The translations under genes and the position numbers were made by a program. Below are positions 8,542 through 17,779 of a stretch of DNA of 55,546 nucleotides, piece after piece. The notes below the pieces were generated by a model. That model had not been told where the DNA came from. It saw only the letters and a list, made by a program, of their open reading frames with translations, and did not search any database. Position 1 is the stretch's first letter; the number at the start of each line of letters is the position of its first letter. Source of the DNA: an uncultured bacterium (GTDB taxonomy: Bacteria > Bacillota_I > Bacilli_A > RF39 > UBA660); NCBI GenBank assembly GCA_949285875.1, contig CASDZZ010000004.1, positions 1-55,546 on the forward strand, in the 5' to 3' direction.

Positions 8542-10626
8542 ATGAATCTAGATTATTTAAATGATATGCAAAAAAAAGCTGTTTTATGTGAAGATGGACC
8601 GCTACTTATTTTAGCTGGTGCAGGAAGTGGAAAAACAAGTGTGTTAACTACTAAAGTGGCTTATTTAATAAAAGAAAAAAACGTAAATCCTAGAAATATT
8701 TTAGCAATAACTTTTACTAATAAAGCTGCTAAAGAAATGAAGGAAAGAATAATAAAATTAGTTGGAAACATAGGTTATGATATTCAGATATCAACGTTTC
8801 ACTCTTTTGGTCTTAGAATCATAAAGGAAAATTATGAACGGCTAGGATATGATAAGAACTTTACTATCATTGATAGCGATGATTCTCTTACTTTAATAAA
8901 GAAAATTTTAAAAGAAATGAATATAGATGCTACTAGGTGTAATCCTAAGTTCATTAAAAATCAGATTAGTTCTGCTAAAAACGAGATGGTAACGCCAGAA
9001 AAATATAAAAATTTAGTAAATGATGAGTTAAGTGATATAACTTATAAAGTTTATAACAAATATCAAGATTCTTTAAAAAGAAATAATTCTTTAGATTTTG
9101 ATGATCTACTTATTATGCCAATAATATTATTTAATAAGTATCCAGAAGTATTAAAAAGTTATCAAGAATTATTTAAGTATATTTTTATAGATGAATATCA
9201 AGATACAAACGAGGCACAATACTTATTATCTAAGATGATTAGTGCTAAATATAAGAACATATGTGTAGTAGGTGATGATTCTCAAAGTATTTATAGCTGG
9301 CGCGGTGCAAATTTCAAAAACATTTTAAATTTTGAAAAAGATTATAAAGATGCTAACGTTATTTTATTAGAGCAAAATTATCGTTCTACAAAAACAATAT
9401 TAAACGCTGCTAATAGTGTTATAAAAAATAATATAAAAAGAAAAGATAAAAATCTATGGACTGAAAATGAAGTTGGAGAAAAAATTAAATATGTAAGAGC
9501 ATTAGATGAAAAAGACGAGGCTTCATTTGTTACCAAGGAAATAAGAAGCTTAAGAGAACAAGATGTAAGTTTAGATGATATAGCGGTTTTATATAGAACT
9601 AACGCTCAGTCTCGTACGATAGAAGAGGGCTTTTTAAATAGTAACATTCCATACCGAATAGTTGGAGCTTTTGCGTTCTACTCAAGAAAAGAAATAAAAG
9701 ATTTATTAGCATACTTAAAATTAATTTATAATCATAAAGATGATGTTTCTCTTCTTAGAGTAATAAATTATCCAAAAAGAGGAATAGGAGCTAAAACGAT
9801 AGATAACTTAAGTATGGATGCGGTTTTAAATGGTACTTCTATGTTTGATGTAATTGAAAAAGGAAAAGAACTAGAGTTTAAAAATCTAATTTTAGAAATG
9901 AAGAAGCAAAGTGAAAGCCTTAGTCTTACTGAAACCATAGATATGGTTCTTGAAAAGTCTGGTATTAAACAAGATTTGGAATCAGAGCATACCTTAGAGG
10001 CTGATATAAGGCTAGAAAACTTAAGTGAGTTTAAATCTATTACAAAAACTTTTGAAGAAGAAAGTGGCATTGCATCACTTGAGGATTTTTTAAACGAGGT
10101 TAGTTTAGTTAGTGATGTTAATGATCAAAAAAATGATAGCTCTCCTAAGGTTACCTTAATGACCATGCATGCTGTTAAGGGATTGGAATATAATTATGTA
10201 TTCGTAATTGGACTTGAAGAAAATATTTTTCCGCACGTTAATTCTATAGAAGATAATGATGGTTTAGAAGAAGAAAGAAGATTATGTTACGTGGCGATTA
10301 CAAGAGCGAAAAAGAAGTTATATTTGATAAATGCTATCAAAAGAACTTTGTTTGGTAGAACGGGCGTTAATATGCCTAGTAGATTTATTTCGGAAATAGA
10401 TAAAGAATACATAGATATGCCTGAAAAGAAAAGTTTAGTTGCTAAGAAAATTGATAAAAATGCCATGTTTGCTAGCAATGATTTAAACGTTGGTGATAAC
10501 GTTATACATGATACTTATGGCCCAGGGGTAGTAGTTATGGTGGACAAATCTATAGCAACGATTGCTTTTAAAGGGGTAGGAATAAAGAAATTAATGAAAA
10601 ATCATAAAAGCATAAAGAAGGTGTAA
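8542..10626 (+). CDS. pcrA: ATP-dependent DNA helicase PcrA (UvrD family, SF1)
   Basis: Motifs 'AGAGSGKT', 'FIDEYQDTN', 'VVGDDSQSIYSWRGA', 'QNYRST' and 'TMHAVKGLE'. ATG 8542 follows RBS 'aaagagg'; the ORF opens at 8524. Confidence 0.93.
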   Translation: MNLDYLNDMQKKAVLCEDGPLLILAGAGSGKTSVLTTKVAYLIKEKNVNPRNILAITFTNKAAKEMKERIIKLVGNIGYDIQISTFHSFGLRIIKENYERLGYDKNFTIIDSDDSLTLIKKILKEMNIDATRCNPKFIKNQISSAKNEMVTPEKYKNLVNDELSDITYKVYNKYQDSLKRNNSLDFDDLLIMPIILFNKYPEVLKSYQELFKYIFIDEYQDTNEAQYLLSKMISAKYKNICVVGDDSQSIYSWRGANFKNILNFEKDYKDANVILLEQNYRSTKTILNAANSVIKNNIKRKDKNLWTENEVGEKIKYVRALDEKDEASFVTKEIRSLREQDVSLDDIAVLYRTNAQSRTIEEGFLNSNIPYRIVGAFAFYSRKEIKDLLAYLKLIYNHKDDVSLLRVINYPKRGIGAKTIDNLSMDAVLNGTSMFDVIEKGKELEFKNLILEMKKQSESLSLTETIDMVLEKSGIKQDLESEHTLEADIRLENLSEFKSITKTFEEESGIASLEDFLNEVSLVSDVNDQKNDSSPKVTLMTMHAVKGLEYNYVFVIGLEENIFPHVNSIEDNDGLEEERRLCYVAITRAKKKLYLINAIKRTLFGRTGVNMPSRFISEIDKEYIDMPEKKSLVAKKIDKNAMFASNDLNVGDNVIHDTYGPGVVVMVDKSIATIAFKGVGIKKLMKNHKSIKKV

Positions 10627-10628
10627 AA

Positions 10629-11354
10629 ATGGAAAGATTGCAAAAATTAATTGCTGAATCTGGTTATTGTTCTAGAAGAAAAGCAGAGGAATTAATAAAA
10701 AATGGTAAAGTAATGGTTAATGGAAGCATAATAAGAGAACTTGGAACTAAAGCTTCTTTTGGTGATGAAATAATAGTTGAAGGAAACATGCTAGAACACG
10801 AAGAAAAAGAATACTATTTATTTTATAAGCCAAGAGGCGTAGTTTGTACAACAAAGGATGATAAGGGAAGAAAAACAGTTTTAGATTTTTTTGATGAAAC
10901 AAACAAAAGAATATATCCGGTAGGTAGGTTAGATTATGATACTACGGGCTTACTTTTATTAACTAATGATGGTGAGTTTGCTAATCTTATGATGCACCCT
11001 TCATATAAAATAGATAAATTTTATGTTGCTAAAGTAAAAGGTATAGTAACAGGTTATGAAGTAAAAAAGCTAAAATCTGGTATTTTATTAGATAATGTGA
11101 AGATATTTCCTTCTAGAGTTAAACTAAAAAGAATAGATAAAAAAAATAATACTTCCATTGTAGAAATAACCATCCATGATGGTAAAAATCATGAGGTTAA
11201 AAGACTTATGGAAAGTGTAGGACACGAAGTAATAAAGTTAAAAAGAGAAACATTTGGTTTTCTTACACTTGGAACTTTAAAACCAGGTGAAAAAAGAAGA
11301 CTTTCACCAAAAGAAGTCAAACAGTTATATAATTTATCAATAAATAAAAATTAA
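10629..11354 (+). CDS. rluB: 23S/16S rRNA pseudouridine synthase, RsuA/RluB family
   Basis: N-terminal S4 domain ('SRRKAEELIKNGKVMVNG') and catalytic motif 'VGRLDYDTTGLLLLTNDGE'. Confidence 0.85.
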   Translation: MERLQKLIAESGYCSRRKAEELIKNGKVMVNGSIIRELGTKASFGDEIIVEGNMLEHEEKEYYLFYKPRGVVCTTKDDKGRKTVLDFFDETNKRIYPVGRLDYDTTGLLLLTNDGEFANLMMHPSYKIDKFYVAKVKGIVTGYEVKKLKSGILLDNVKIFPSRVKLKRIDKKNNTSIVEITIHDGKNHEVKRLMESVGHEVIKLKRETFGFLTLGTLKPGEKRRLSPKEVKQLYNLSINKN

Positions 11355-11366
11355 ATTTAATATAAA

Positions 11367-11406
11367 AAAGGATTATACCCCGTTACTTTAGGATATAATC
11401 CTTTTT
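11367..11406 (+). terminator. Terminator after rluB
   Basis: 11-bp stem 'aaaggattata'/'tataatccttt' with a large 16-nt loop and a T-run. Confidence 0.5.
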
Positions 11407-11411
11407 ATATA

Positions 11412-11436
11412 TAATAAAACCCCACAAATGGGGCTT
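11412..11436 (-). terminator. Terminator of the minus-strand lipoprotein gene
   Basis: On the minus strand, 'ccccatttgtgggg' is followed by 'ttttatt'. Confidence 0.6.
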
Positions 11437-11445
11437 GTAGTTTTT

Positions 11446-11835
11446 TTATTTGATTTCTTTAAATTTAGTTGTAATAAGTGATTTATAATTACTATTTCCA
11501 TCAAAAGTTATACCAATATTTTCATTCAAAGTTAAATAAACTCTATAATAAGGAGATTCATAATCAAAATATCCATTTTCTTTAATGCTTTTATATAGAT
11601 CACTTTTTGTATCAAATACAAAAAGTTGTAAAACTGATTCATCATCAAAATAATAATAATATAAATTTTTAATTCCTTCTTCAGGACTTTTGTCTTCTAC
11701 TTTTTCAAAGTTAATATTATTTTCTTTTAACATTTTTTCAAAATTACTATAAGTATATTCTTTCTTTGATTTGCAACCAGTAAATAAAATTAAAAAGCTA
11801 AACATTACTATAACTGCGATAAAAATTTTTTTCAT
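11446..11835 (-). CDS. Hypothetical lipoprotein
   Basis: Signal peptide with lipobox 'ILFTGC'. No other recognisable domain. Confidence 0.6.
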   Translation of the reverse strand: MKKIFIAVIVMFSFLILFTGCKSKKEYTYSNFEKMLKENNINFEKVEDKSPEEGIKNLYYYYFDDESVLQLFVFDTKSDLYKSIKENGYFDYESPYYRVYLTLNENIGITFDGNSNYKSLITTKFKEIK

Positions 11836-12018
11836 ATTACACCTCTTATTCCTTTATGTTTTAACAAGTTAATTATAACATGCTTTTAAATTTTTGTAAA
11901 ACTTTTTATCTTTAAACTTTTTAATGATACAATGTTATTGGTTCTTATAAAATATTGACAACAGACTTATTAAATGTTACCCTAAATATATAAAGATAAT
12001 AAGAAAGGTGTAAGTAAG

Positions 12019-14055
12019 ATGACAAAAAAGAAAAAAATAATAATTTTATCTGTTATAATTACGTTAATTTTAATAATAGGAACTATAATTTATTCTGTTT
12101 TAGCAGATAAAAAAAGTGTTAATACAGAAGCTGACGAATTGAATGCAAGTTTATCAATAGGTATACCTCCAACTGTATTCGTGAGTAATAAAGATCTTAA
12201 TTTAGTACAGAATATGGGAACAGAAGTTAATTTTGAAGGTAAATTTAAAACTTATGGAAATAAAGACTATTATTATAAGTGGATGATTTATAAAAATGGT
12301 ATCAAGCAAACCGAGTCAGTGTGTGAAAAGGTAGTTAACAATTATGTTGATAAGAGAACAATTATAATTGATTCAGGTCTCAATTTAGGTAAATGGGTGA
12401 TATACTCTAACTCTGATTGTACTAATCAGTCAATGGTATATTTTACTTTAACATATAGCGGTAAAGGGTTAAGTTTACCAGATAAGACGTTAACAGCAAC
12501 TTTTAGAAAGGGTAGTGCTGCATCAATAGGTAGTACTAGTGAAAGCTGTAAAACAAATTTTTTGACTTGTTCAATAATAGCTCCTTCAATTACGGCTCCA
12601 AGTGGTTACGAAGTTGAGGGATGGAGTGAAAATATTACCGGAACAAGTTCCATATACAAGCCTGGTAATGTCATTTTGATAAGTGAAAATAAAACTTACT
12701 ATCCAGTATTAAGGAAAATAGATTCTAATTCAAGTAAAACCTATACAGTAACATTAAATAAAAATAATGCTCAAAGCATAGGAAAAACAAGTGTAAGTTG
12801 TTCAACGGTAACAAATGATTGTTCTGTATTATTACCTAGTATAACCGCTCCAAGTGGATATGAAGTAGTAGGATGGAGTAGTAATAAAAATGCTAATAGT
12901 GCAGACTATTACGTAAATACTTACATAAATATATCTTCAAACAAGACATTGTATGCAATAGTTAGAAAAATAACTTCTTCAAATAAAGAAATCGTAGTAA
13001 CATTGAATAAAAATGGGGCTCAAAGTATAGGAAAAACAAAAGTGAGCTGCGAAACTTCAGGATCAAGTTGCAATGTGACTTTACCAAATATAACAGCAAA
13101 AAGTGGATATGAAGTAGTAGGATGGGCGGAAAATCCAGAATCATCTAATGCAACATATAAAGCAAATCAAACAATAACTGTAACACAGAATAAAACATTA
13201 TATGCTATAACAAAGAAAAAACCTTCAATAACTATGACGCGTTATGCAAATACTTGGTCTACAGCTAGTGCCGGCAGATTATTAAATATTAAGGTAAGTC
13301 CAATTACTGATTCTTATATAGTCAAAACTTCAAATGAGGATGTTATGACTGTATTTAATGATGTTTTGTATCCTGTTAACCCTGGAACTGCAACTGTAAC
13401 TGCTACATCATCTTCTGGGGCTAGCATATCGTACAAATATACTGTAACAGGAGAAAGTAGAATTTCAGATACTTCCAAATTAAAAAAAGGAATATTGCAA
13501 AGTTATACGTATGGTAATACTCATGTATATGTAGAAAAAGGTTGCCCAACAACTTTTGCAAATACATTAAAGAATGATGTTAAGGAAACGCCAGATGCAT
13601 TACGTGATGCTACTCGTGCAATTTATGCAATGACAAAATCTAGTTATGATTCTGTGTCTGTTAAGGGAAGTGTTGGTGTTACTTATGTAAATGGGGTAAC
13701 AAATGTTATACACATTAATTGTGATTATAAATCAAATGACGTATATGGGCATGAACTTGGTCATGCGGTAGATTATCGTTATGCAAAGTTATCGGGAAGA
13801 GCTAATTTTTCAAGTAATTCGGATCTAGTTAGTTTATATAATAAGTATAATAATAGCGGTAATAAGAATTTGAGAACTGATAAATTTTCTAATTCTAGAG
13901 AGTTTTTTGCTGATATATTTAATTATAATTTTAGAACTAATATAGCGAAAACTACTAGAAAAGAAAAAAGTGAATATAAAGGTTTAACTTACCCAAGTGA
14001 TATCGCAAACTTAATTAAAAGATATATAAATGAGTATAATGCTTTAGCAAATTAA
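12019..14055 (+). CDS. Membrane-anchored/secreted multidomain protein: 3 Listeria-Bacteroides-type repeats + Big_2-like domain + C-terminal ATLF-like (anthrax lethal factor / PPEP, M34-like) zinc metalloprotease
   Basis: N-terminal TM 'IIILSVIITLILIIGTIIYSV'. Three ~77-aa repeats with the core 'SIGKT..SC......C.V.LP.ITA.SGYEVVGW...........Y......I..NKTLYAI.(R/K)K'. Ig-like stretch 'VNPGTATVTATSSSGASISYKYTV'. 'HELGHAVDY' (nt 13750-13776) is followed 50 residues later by 'REFFADIF'. This mirrors the HEFGHAVD...EAEFFAEAF pattern I recall for lethal factor/PPEP. Confidence 0.8.
   Translation: MTKKKKIIILSVIITLILIIGTIIYSVLADKKSVNTEADELNASLSIGIPPTVFVSNKDLNLVQNMGTEVNFEGKFKTYGNKDYYYKWMIYKNGIKQTESVCEKVVNNYVDKRTIIIDSGLNLGKWVIYSNSDCTNQSMVYFTLTYSGKGLSLPDKTLTATFRKGSAASIGSTSESCKTNFLTCSIIAPSITAPSGYEVEGWSENITGTSSIYKPGNVILISENKTYYPVLRKIDSNSSKTYTVTLNKNNAQSIGKTSVSCSTVTNDCSVLLPSITAPSGYEVVGWSSNKNANSADYYVNTYINISSNKTLYAIVRKITSSNKEIVVTLNKNGAQSIGKTKVSCETSGSSCNVTLPNITAKSGYEVVGWAENPESSNATYKANQTITVTQNKTLYAITKKKPSITMTRYANTWSTASAGRLLNIKVSPITDSYIVKTSNEDVMTVFNDVLYPVNPGTATVTATSSSGASISYKYTVTGESRISDTSKLKKGILQSYTYGNTHVYVEKGCPTTFANTLKNDVKETPDALRDATRAIYAMTKSSYDSVSVKGSVGVTYVNGVTNVIHINCDYKSNDVYGHELGHAVDYRYAKLSGRANFSSNSDLVSLYNKYNNSGNKNLRTDKFSNSREFFADIFNYNFRTNIAKTTRKEKSEYKGLTYPSDIANLIKRYINEYNALAN
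12487..13218 (+). repeat. Three tandem ~230-nt coding repeats (protein residues ~157-233, 241-317, 324-400)
   Basis: Repeat units are visible in the translation. Units 2 and 3 share the identical 24-nt string 'agtggatatgaagtagtaggatgg'. Confidence 0.85.
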
Positions 14056-14084
14056 AAAAGGTTAATGTAAATTAACCTTTTTTA
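14055..14084. terminator. Bidirectional terminator between protease gene and convergent ferredoxin gene
   Basis: Perfect 10-bp stem 'aaaggttaat'/'attaaccttt', loop 'gtaa', with A- and T-runs on both sides. Confidence 0.8.
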
Positions 14085-14103
14085 TTATAGATAATTATTT
14101 TTA

Positions 14104-14310
14104 CTAATTTTTATCATCTTTTATTTCGCTAATTGCACTTGTAGGACAACCTTCCATAGCTTCGGTAGCATTTTGCTTTGTTTCTTCGTCCGTTATAACT
14201 TCATCTGTGGCTGTAGCAAAACCTTCATCATTTATTTTAAAAACTTCTTCGCATATAGCTTCACAAGCACCACATCCAATGCACGAATTTTCATCAACTT
14301 TAAATTTCAT
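14104..14310 (-). CDS. Small [4Fe-4S] ferredoxin
   Basis: 'CIGCGACEAIC' plus a distal 'GCP' gives a single-cluster ferredoxin pattern. 68 aa, acidic. Confidence 0.85.
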   Translation of the reverse strand: MKFKVDENSCIGCGACEAICEEVFKINDEGFATATDEVITDEETKQNATEAMEGCPTSAISEIKDDKN

Positions 14311-14419
14311 AATTCCTCCTTTAAAAATTATTATATTATAACTACTAAAAAAATCAATAATACTTTAAAAAAAATGTAAAGTATGTTATTATTATCTTAT
14401 AAAAATACGGAGGTGTTTT

Positions 14420-15226
14420 ATGCAATCTAGAATGGATAAGTATCAAACTAATAAAAAGGTAAGATTTGAAAGAACTCAGAAAAACACCAAGTTATATGAA
14501 GATGTTTATGAAGATATATATAAAGATACTTCTTATAAGAATATGCAAGTTATTGATTCTGTTAAGGAAATTAATATTGGTAGATTAAAAGATATGTTAG
14601 AAAATAAATATGATACAAGACAATATAGAACCTTAAAGAATTATTCGGAAGATGATATAGATTTTGAAGACAAAATGGATTATCCTGATAGAAGACAAAA
14701 AATTTATGATATTAATGAGATTATAAATGAGGCGAAAAATAAAAGAGCTTTTATAGAAGAAGCAAAAGAAAAACAGAAGTATATGGATTTTTCTGAAAGA
14801 AATAAAAAAACGGATCATTCAAAATATCAAGAAATGGAAAAAGAAGAAAAAGAGTTAGAAGAATTAATTAATACTATGGCAATTTCTAGGCAAAGCTTAG
14901 AAGATACTAAAGATACTCAAAGTGATTTTGATATGTTTTCAGAATTAAAAGGTAGCGAAAACACTATTGTAACTAATCCTATTAAAACTAATTTTGAAGT
15001 TGAAAGTGATGAAATAAATAAACCTAACGAACGGACTTCAAAATTAGATAAAACTTTTTATACTGATTCAAATATGTTTACAAAAAACGATTTTGAAGAT
15101 TTTAGCACTTTGACAAGAGAAATTTCTTCTGGTCAAAAAAAATACAAGATATTATTAATTATTTTGTTAATACTAATAATATTAGGTACGATTTTATTTT
15201 TTGTTATAAAAAATTACACTAAATAA
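14420..15226 (+). CDS. Hypothetical charged protein with single C-terminal TM (tail-anchored)
   Basis: RBS 'ggagg' upstream. Lys/Glu/Asp-rich, ending 'YKILLIILLILIILGTILFFVIKNY'. No motif recognised. Confidence 0.55.
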   Translation: MQSRMDKYQTNKKVRFERTQKNTKLYEDVYEDIYKDTSYKNMQVIDSVKEINIGRLKDMLENKYDTRQYRTLKNYSEDDIDFEDKMDYPDRRQKIYDINEIINEAKNKRAFIEEAKEKQKYMDFSERNKKTDHSKYQEMEKEEKELEELINTMAISRQSLEDTKDTQSDFDMFSELKGSENTIVTNPIKTNFEVESDEINKPNERTSKLDKTFYTDSNMFTKNDFEDFSTLTREISSGQKKYKILLIILLILIILGTILFFVIKNYTK

Positions 15227-15267
15227 ATTTTGAGCGGTTTTGTTCATATATTATATTGTGATTATAT

Positions 15268-15975
15268 ATGAAATTTAAAAAACTACTAAAAAAGTATATA
15301 TTGTGTTTAATTACTTTAATCTTACTTTCGTTTTTAGTTCTTTTTTTACTTTCCAAAAAAGCTTTTCCTGTCGTTTTGGAATATGCTGATATGAATATAA
15401 AGAAAATTTCTATTGAAGTTCTTAGGAATGCTGGACTAAAAGAATTTAATGAGAAATTAAATGAGGAAGAATTATTTTATATATTAAAAGATGGTTCGGG
15501 TCAAATTCAAAGTATTGATTTTAATGTTAAAGCAATGAACGAACTACTTATGTTGGTCTCTAAAAACGTAAGAACAGAATTAAAAAAGATAGAAAAAGGA
15601 GAAAAATCTTTAGATGGTTTAAATTCAAAATTACTAAGTAAAAGGACAAAAAATGGTTTTATTTATGAAGTTCCTTTGGGCTTAGTTTTTGATAATATTT
15701 TTTTATCTACTTTGGGTCCTAGGGTACCTGTTAGAATTGAATACGTAGGAAATATTAGTTTGGATATAAAGTCTAGAGTTAAGGAATACGGAATAAATGG
15801 AGCACTTATAGAAATATATATATATGTTCAGGTTAATCAAAAGGTTATTTTACCTTTTCAGTCAAAAAATTCAAAATTAGCAACTGAAGTTCCGGTTGTT
15901 ATGAAGCTTGTAAAGGGAAATATACCTTATTATTTACCAAGTATAAATAGATCTTACAGTGCTTCTATAAATTAA
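15268..15975 (+). CDS. yunB: Sporulation protein YunB
   Basis: N-terminal TM. 'LGPRVPVRIEYVGNISLDIKSRVKEYGINGALIEIYIYVQV' closely parallels the B. subtilis YunB region 'LGPKIPVRF...YGINNALIDISIFVEI' as I recall it. Confidence 0.8.
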   Translation: MKFKKLLKKYILCLITLILLSFLVLFLLSKKAFPVVLEYADMNIKKISIEVLRNAGLKEFNEKLNEEELFYILKDGSGQIQSIDFNVKAMNELLMLVSKNVRTELKKIEKGEKSLDGLNSKLLSKRTKNGFIYEVPLGLVFDNIFLSTLGPRVPVRIEYVGNISLDIKSRVKEYGINGALIEIYIYVQVNQKVILPFQSKNSKLATEVPVVMKLVKGNIPYYLPSINRSYSASIN

Positions 15976-15993
15976 AAAGAAAAGAGGTTTAAT

Positions 15994-16269
15994 ATGGAAA
16001 AACTTGTAATTAATGATAAAATATATGAGATAATAGAAGATTATAAAAATGGGTATAAAAAGGAGTCTTTTTTGGAAAAATTTACAGATTATTTTAATGA
16101 TTTTGATTACGTTGTGGGAGACTGGGCTTATGGAAAGTTAAGGTTAAAAGGTTTCTATGATTCTAAGAATAAAAATTGTAAGGAAATAAACAATATAGAT
16201 AACTTAAATAAATATATAAAAGAAACTTGTGCATATGAATGTTCATATTTTGTTGCAAAAAAAAAATAA
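15994..16269 (+). CDS. yutD: YutD-like protein (DUF1027)
   Basis: 'FDYVVGDWAYGKLRLKGFYD' and the C-terminal 'CAYECSYFV' match the YutD pattern ('YDYIVGDWGYNQLRLRGF...CNFGCAYFV'). Confidence 0.8.
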   Translation: MEKLVINDKIYEIIEDYKNGYKKESFLEKFTDYFNDFDYVVGDWAYGKLRLKGFYDSKNKNCKEINNIDNLNKYIKETCAYECSYFVAKKK

Positions 16270-16313
16270 GTGTGTTAAAATGAAATATATAAGAATAGAA
16301 GAGGTGGGTATAT

Positions 16314-16685
16314 ATGGTATCAACAAGTAGTATTGGTAGTGGAAAAAAGGTTAATGTTGGGCAAAGTTTTGCCAAAGGCATGTCGGCTTTACAAACTAAT
16401 GAAAGAGAGAAGTTTGTTGTTACTGATGAAAGTGATACAAAAAAAGATGCTGAGAGAATTTCAGTTTTTAAAATGAAAGATAGTGATAAAACATATATAG
16501 TATATACTTTTAATGAAGTTGATGAAAACGAAATGATAAAGTTATATGTTGCTGCTTTAAAAGAAGAAGAAGGAAAATATTCATTAGAAAATATAACCGA
16601 CAGTGATGAATGGACAAAGGTAAAAGATGCTATGAGAAAGATAGCTAAAGATGGACAACAAGTATTGAGTGAAGAAAGTAATTAA
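16314..16685 (+). CDS. DUF1292-like (YrzB-like) small acidic protein
   Basis: 'FVVTDESD...YIVYTFNE......LYVAAL.....G.YSLENITDSDEWTKVKDAM' follows the DUF1292 pattern. RBS 'agaggtgg' upstream. Confidence 0.5.
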   Translation: MVSTSSIGSGKKVNVGQSFAKGMSALQTNEREKFVVTDESDTKKDAERISVFKMKDSDKTYIVYTFNEVDENEMIKLYVAALKEEEGKYSLENITDSDEWTKVKDAMRKIAKDGQQVLSEESN

Positions 16686-16705
16686 TGTAGGTAGGAGGAT
16701 TTATA

Positions 16706-17638
16706 ATGAATAAAAAGAGGGATATAAAAAATGGTGAAGATATTACTTTAGATAATGGTAATATAACTATTTTAAATAAATTATCTGTAGCTGAAAAAGA
16801 GCCAGAAGTAAAAAAAGAAGAAAACGTAGTACCTGAAGTTCCTAAAGAAACTAAGGCTATTGCTGAAGAAAAAAAGGAAATTGAAACTCCTGAAATTCCA
16901 TCACCTATTCAAATTGATATACCTGTTGAACCTCCAGTTAGTGCTGTTTCTCCAGTTGCTACTATTCCTGGAATAGAATTGCCTAAAGTGGAAGAAACTC
17001 CTAGTGATAAGCCTGATATGGCTCCTTTTCCAAGTTCTATAAATGATAATGCAAATTCTTTCCAAAGTCTACTTGCAACAGATAATAACGAGATGCAAAA
17101 AAACGAAATTCCATCGTTAAATTCTTCTAATTATGGTTTTGGTAATAAACTTGAAACTAATACATTCGGTAATAGTTATGATAATGAACCTACTTATGAT
17201 TTTTCCAAGAATGGTTACTCTGAACCTTCTTTTAATGATTATAATGTAACAATGGATAATGAAATTGGTTCTAAAGTTCAAGCGGTTTCTGATGAATTAT
17301 CTAGATCGATGAAACAATTAACTGATTTAATAGGTGAATTATCATTACAAAATAACTTCTTAAAAGAAGAAAACGATAAATTAAAGAGCGAAAATTCAGA
17401 TTTAAAGGCAAATTATAGAGTACTAGAAAGACAATTTTCTAATATGCAAAGTTCTATGAAAGCAGCTCAAAATAAGCTTTTAGATGTATTTGGTATGGGA
17501 AGCATGGCTAATAATGTTTCATTTGGTGAAGCTGGTAATAAACCTTCTATTGGTTTTTCTCAAAATAATTCTGCTAATTCGGGTTTATTTACAGGTTATG
17601 ATGATAATAATTTTTTCAGTAGTGGAAAAAACTCTTAA
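16706..17638 (+). CDS. Hypothetical Pro/Glu-rich protein with C-terminal coiled coil
   Basis: RBS 'aggagg' upstream. Low-complexity 'PEVKKEENVVPEVPKE...IPVEPPVSAVSPVATIPGIELP'. Heptad-like 'LQNNFLKEENDKLKSENSDLKANYRVLERQF'. No signal peptide or TM. Confidence 0.55.
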   Translation: MNKKRDIKNGEDITLDNGNITILNKLSVAEKEPEVKKEENVVPEVPKETKAIAEEKKEIETPEIPSPIQIDIPVEPPVSAVSPVATIPGIELPKVEETPSDKPDMAPFPSSINDNANSFQSLLATDNNEMQKNEIPSLNSSNYGFGNKLETNTFGNSYDNEPTYDFSKNGYSEPSFNDYNVTMDNEIGSKVQAVSDELSRSMKQLTDLIGELSLQNNFLKEENDKLKSENSDLKANYRVLERQFSNMQSSMKAAQNKLLDVFGMGSMANNVSFGEAGNKPSIGFSQNNSANSGLFTGYDDNNFFSSGKNS

Positions 17639-17663
17639 TAATTTGTTTTATATTGTTAATAAT

Positions 17664-17689
17664 AAGGTATGATTATAATACCTTTTTTT
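17664..17689 (+). terminator. Terminator after the Pro-rich protein gene
   Basis: Stem 'aaggtat'/'atacctt', 7-nt loop, T7 run. Confidence 0.6.
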
Positions 17690-17726
17690 ATTTTAAAAAA
17701 TTACATAAATTTCCATGAAAAAAAAT

Positions 17727-17755
17727 GTATTAAATAAAAAGTTTTTCACATTCTA
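17727..17755 (+). promoter_or_regulatory. Possible forespore (sigma-G/F-type) promoter of the SASP gene
   Basis: 'gtatt' (17727-17731), 17-nt spacer, 'cattcta' (17749-17755). Compare the GHATR-17/18-CATxxTA consensus. Correctly placed ~25 nt before the ATG. Confidence 0.4.
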
Positions 17756-17779
17756 TTAGTGTACAGGAGGTGAAAACAA

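Noticed and set aside
9768-10478. Antisense ORFs inside pcrA (9768..10070 and 10287..10478, minus strand)
   Set aside because: They lie opposite a helicase gene with all SF1 motifs intact. Their products are Ser/Leu/Phe-rich, as is typical of the reverse frame of AT-rich coding DNA.
14173-14379. 68-aa + strand ORF mirroring the ferredoxin gene
   Set aside because: It is an exact antisense shadow of the ferredoxin ORF, which has the CxxCxxC...CP cluster motif. The + strand product has no features.
16258-16268. A11 homopolymer at the end of yutD as a slippage site
   Set aside because: It simply encodes the terminal KKK plus the stop codon. A slip would change only the last residues.
17484-17672. 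62-aa ORF overlapping the 3' end of 16706..17638; likewise 31198..31383 inside arcB
   Set aside because: These are out-of-frame overlaps with better-supported genes and have no RBS.
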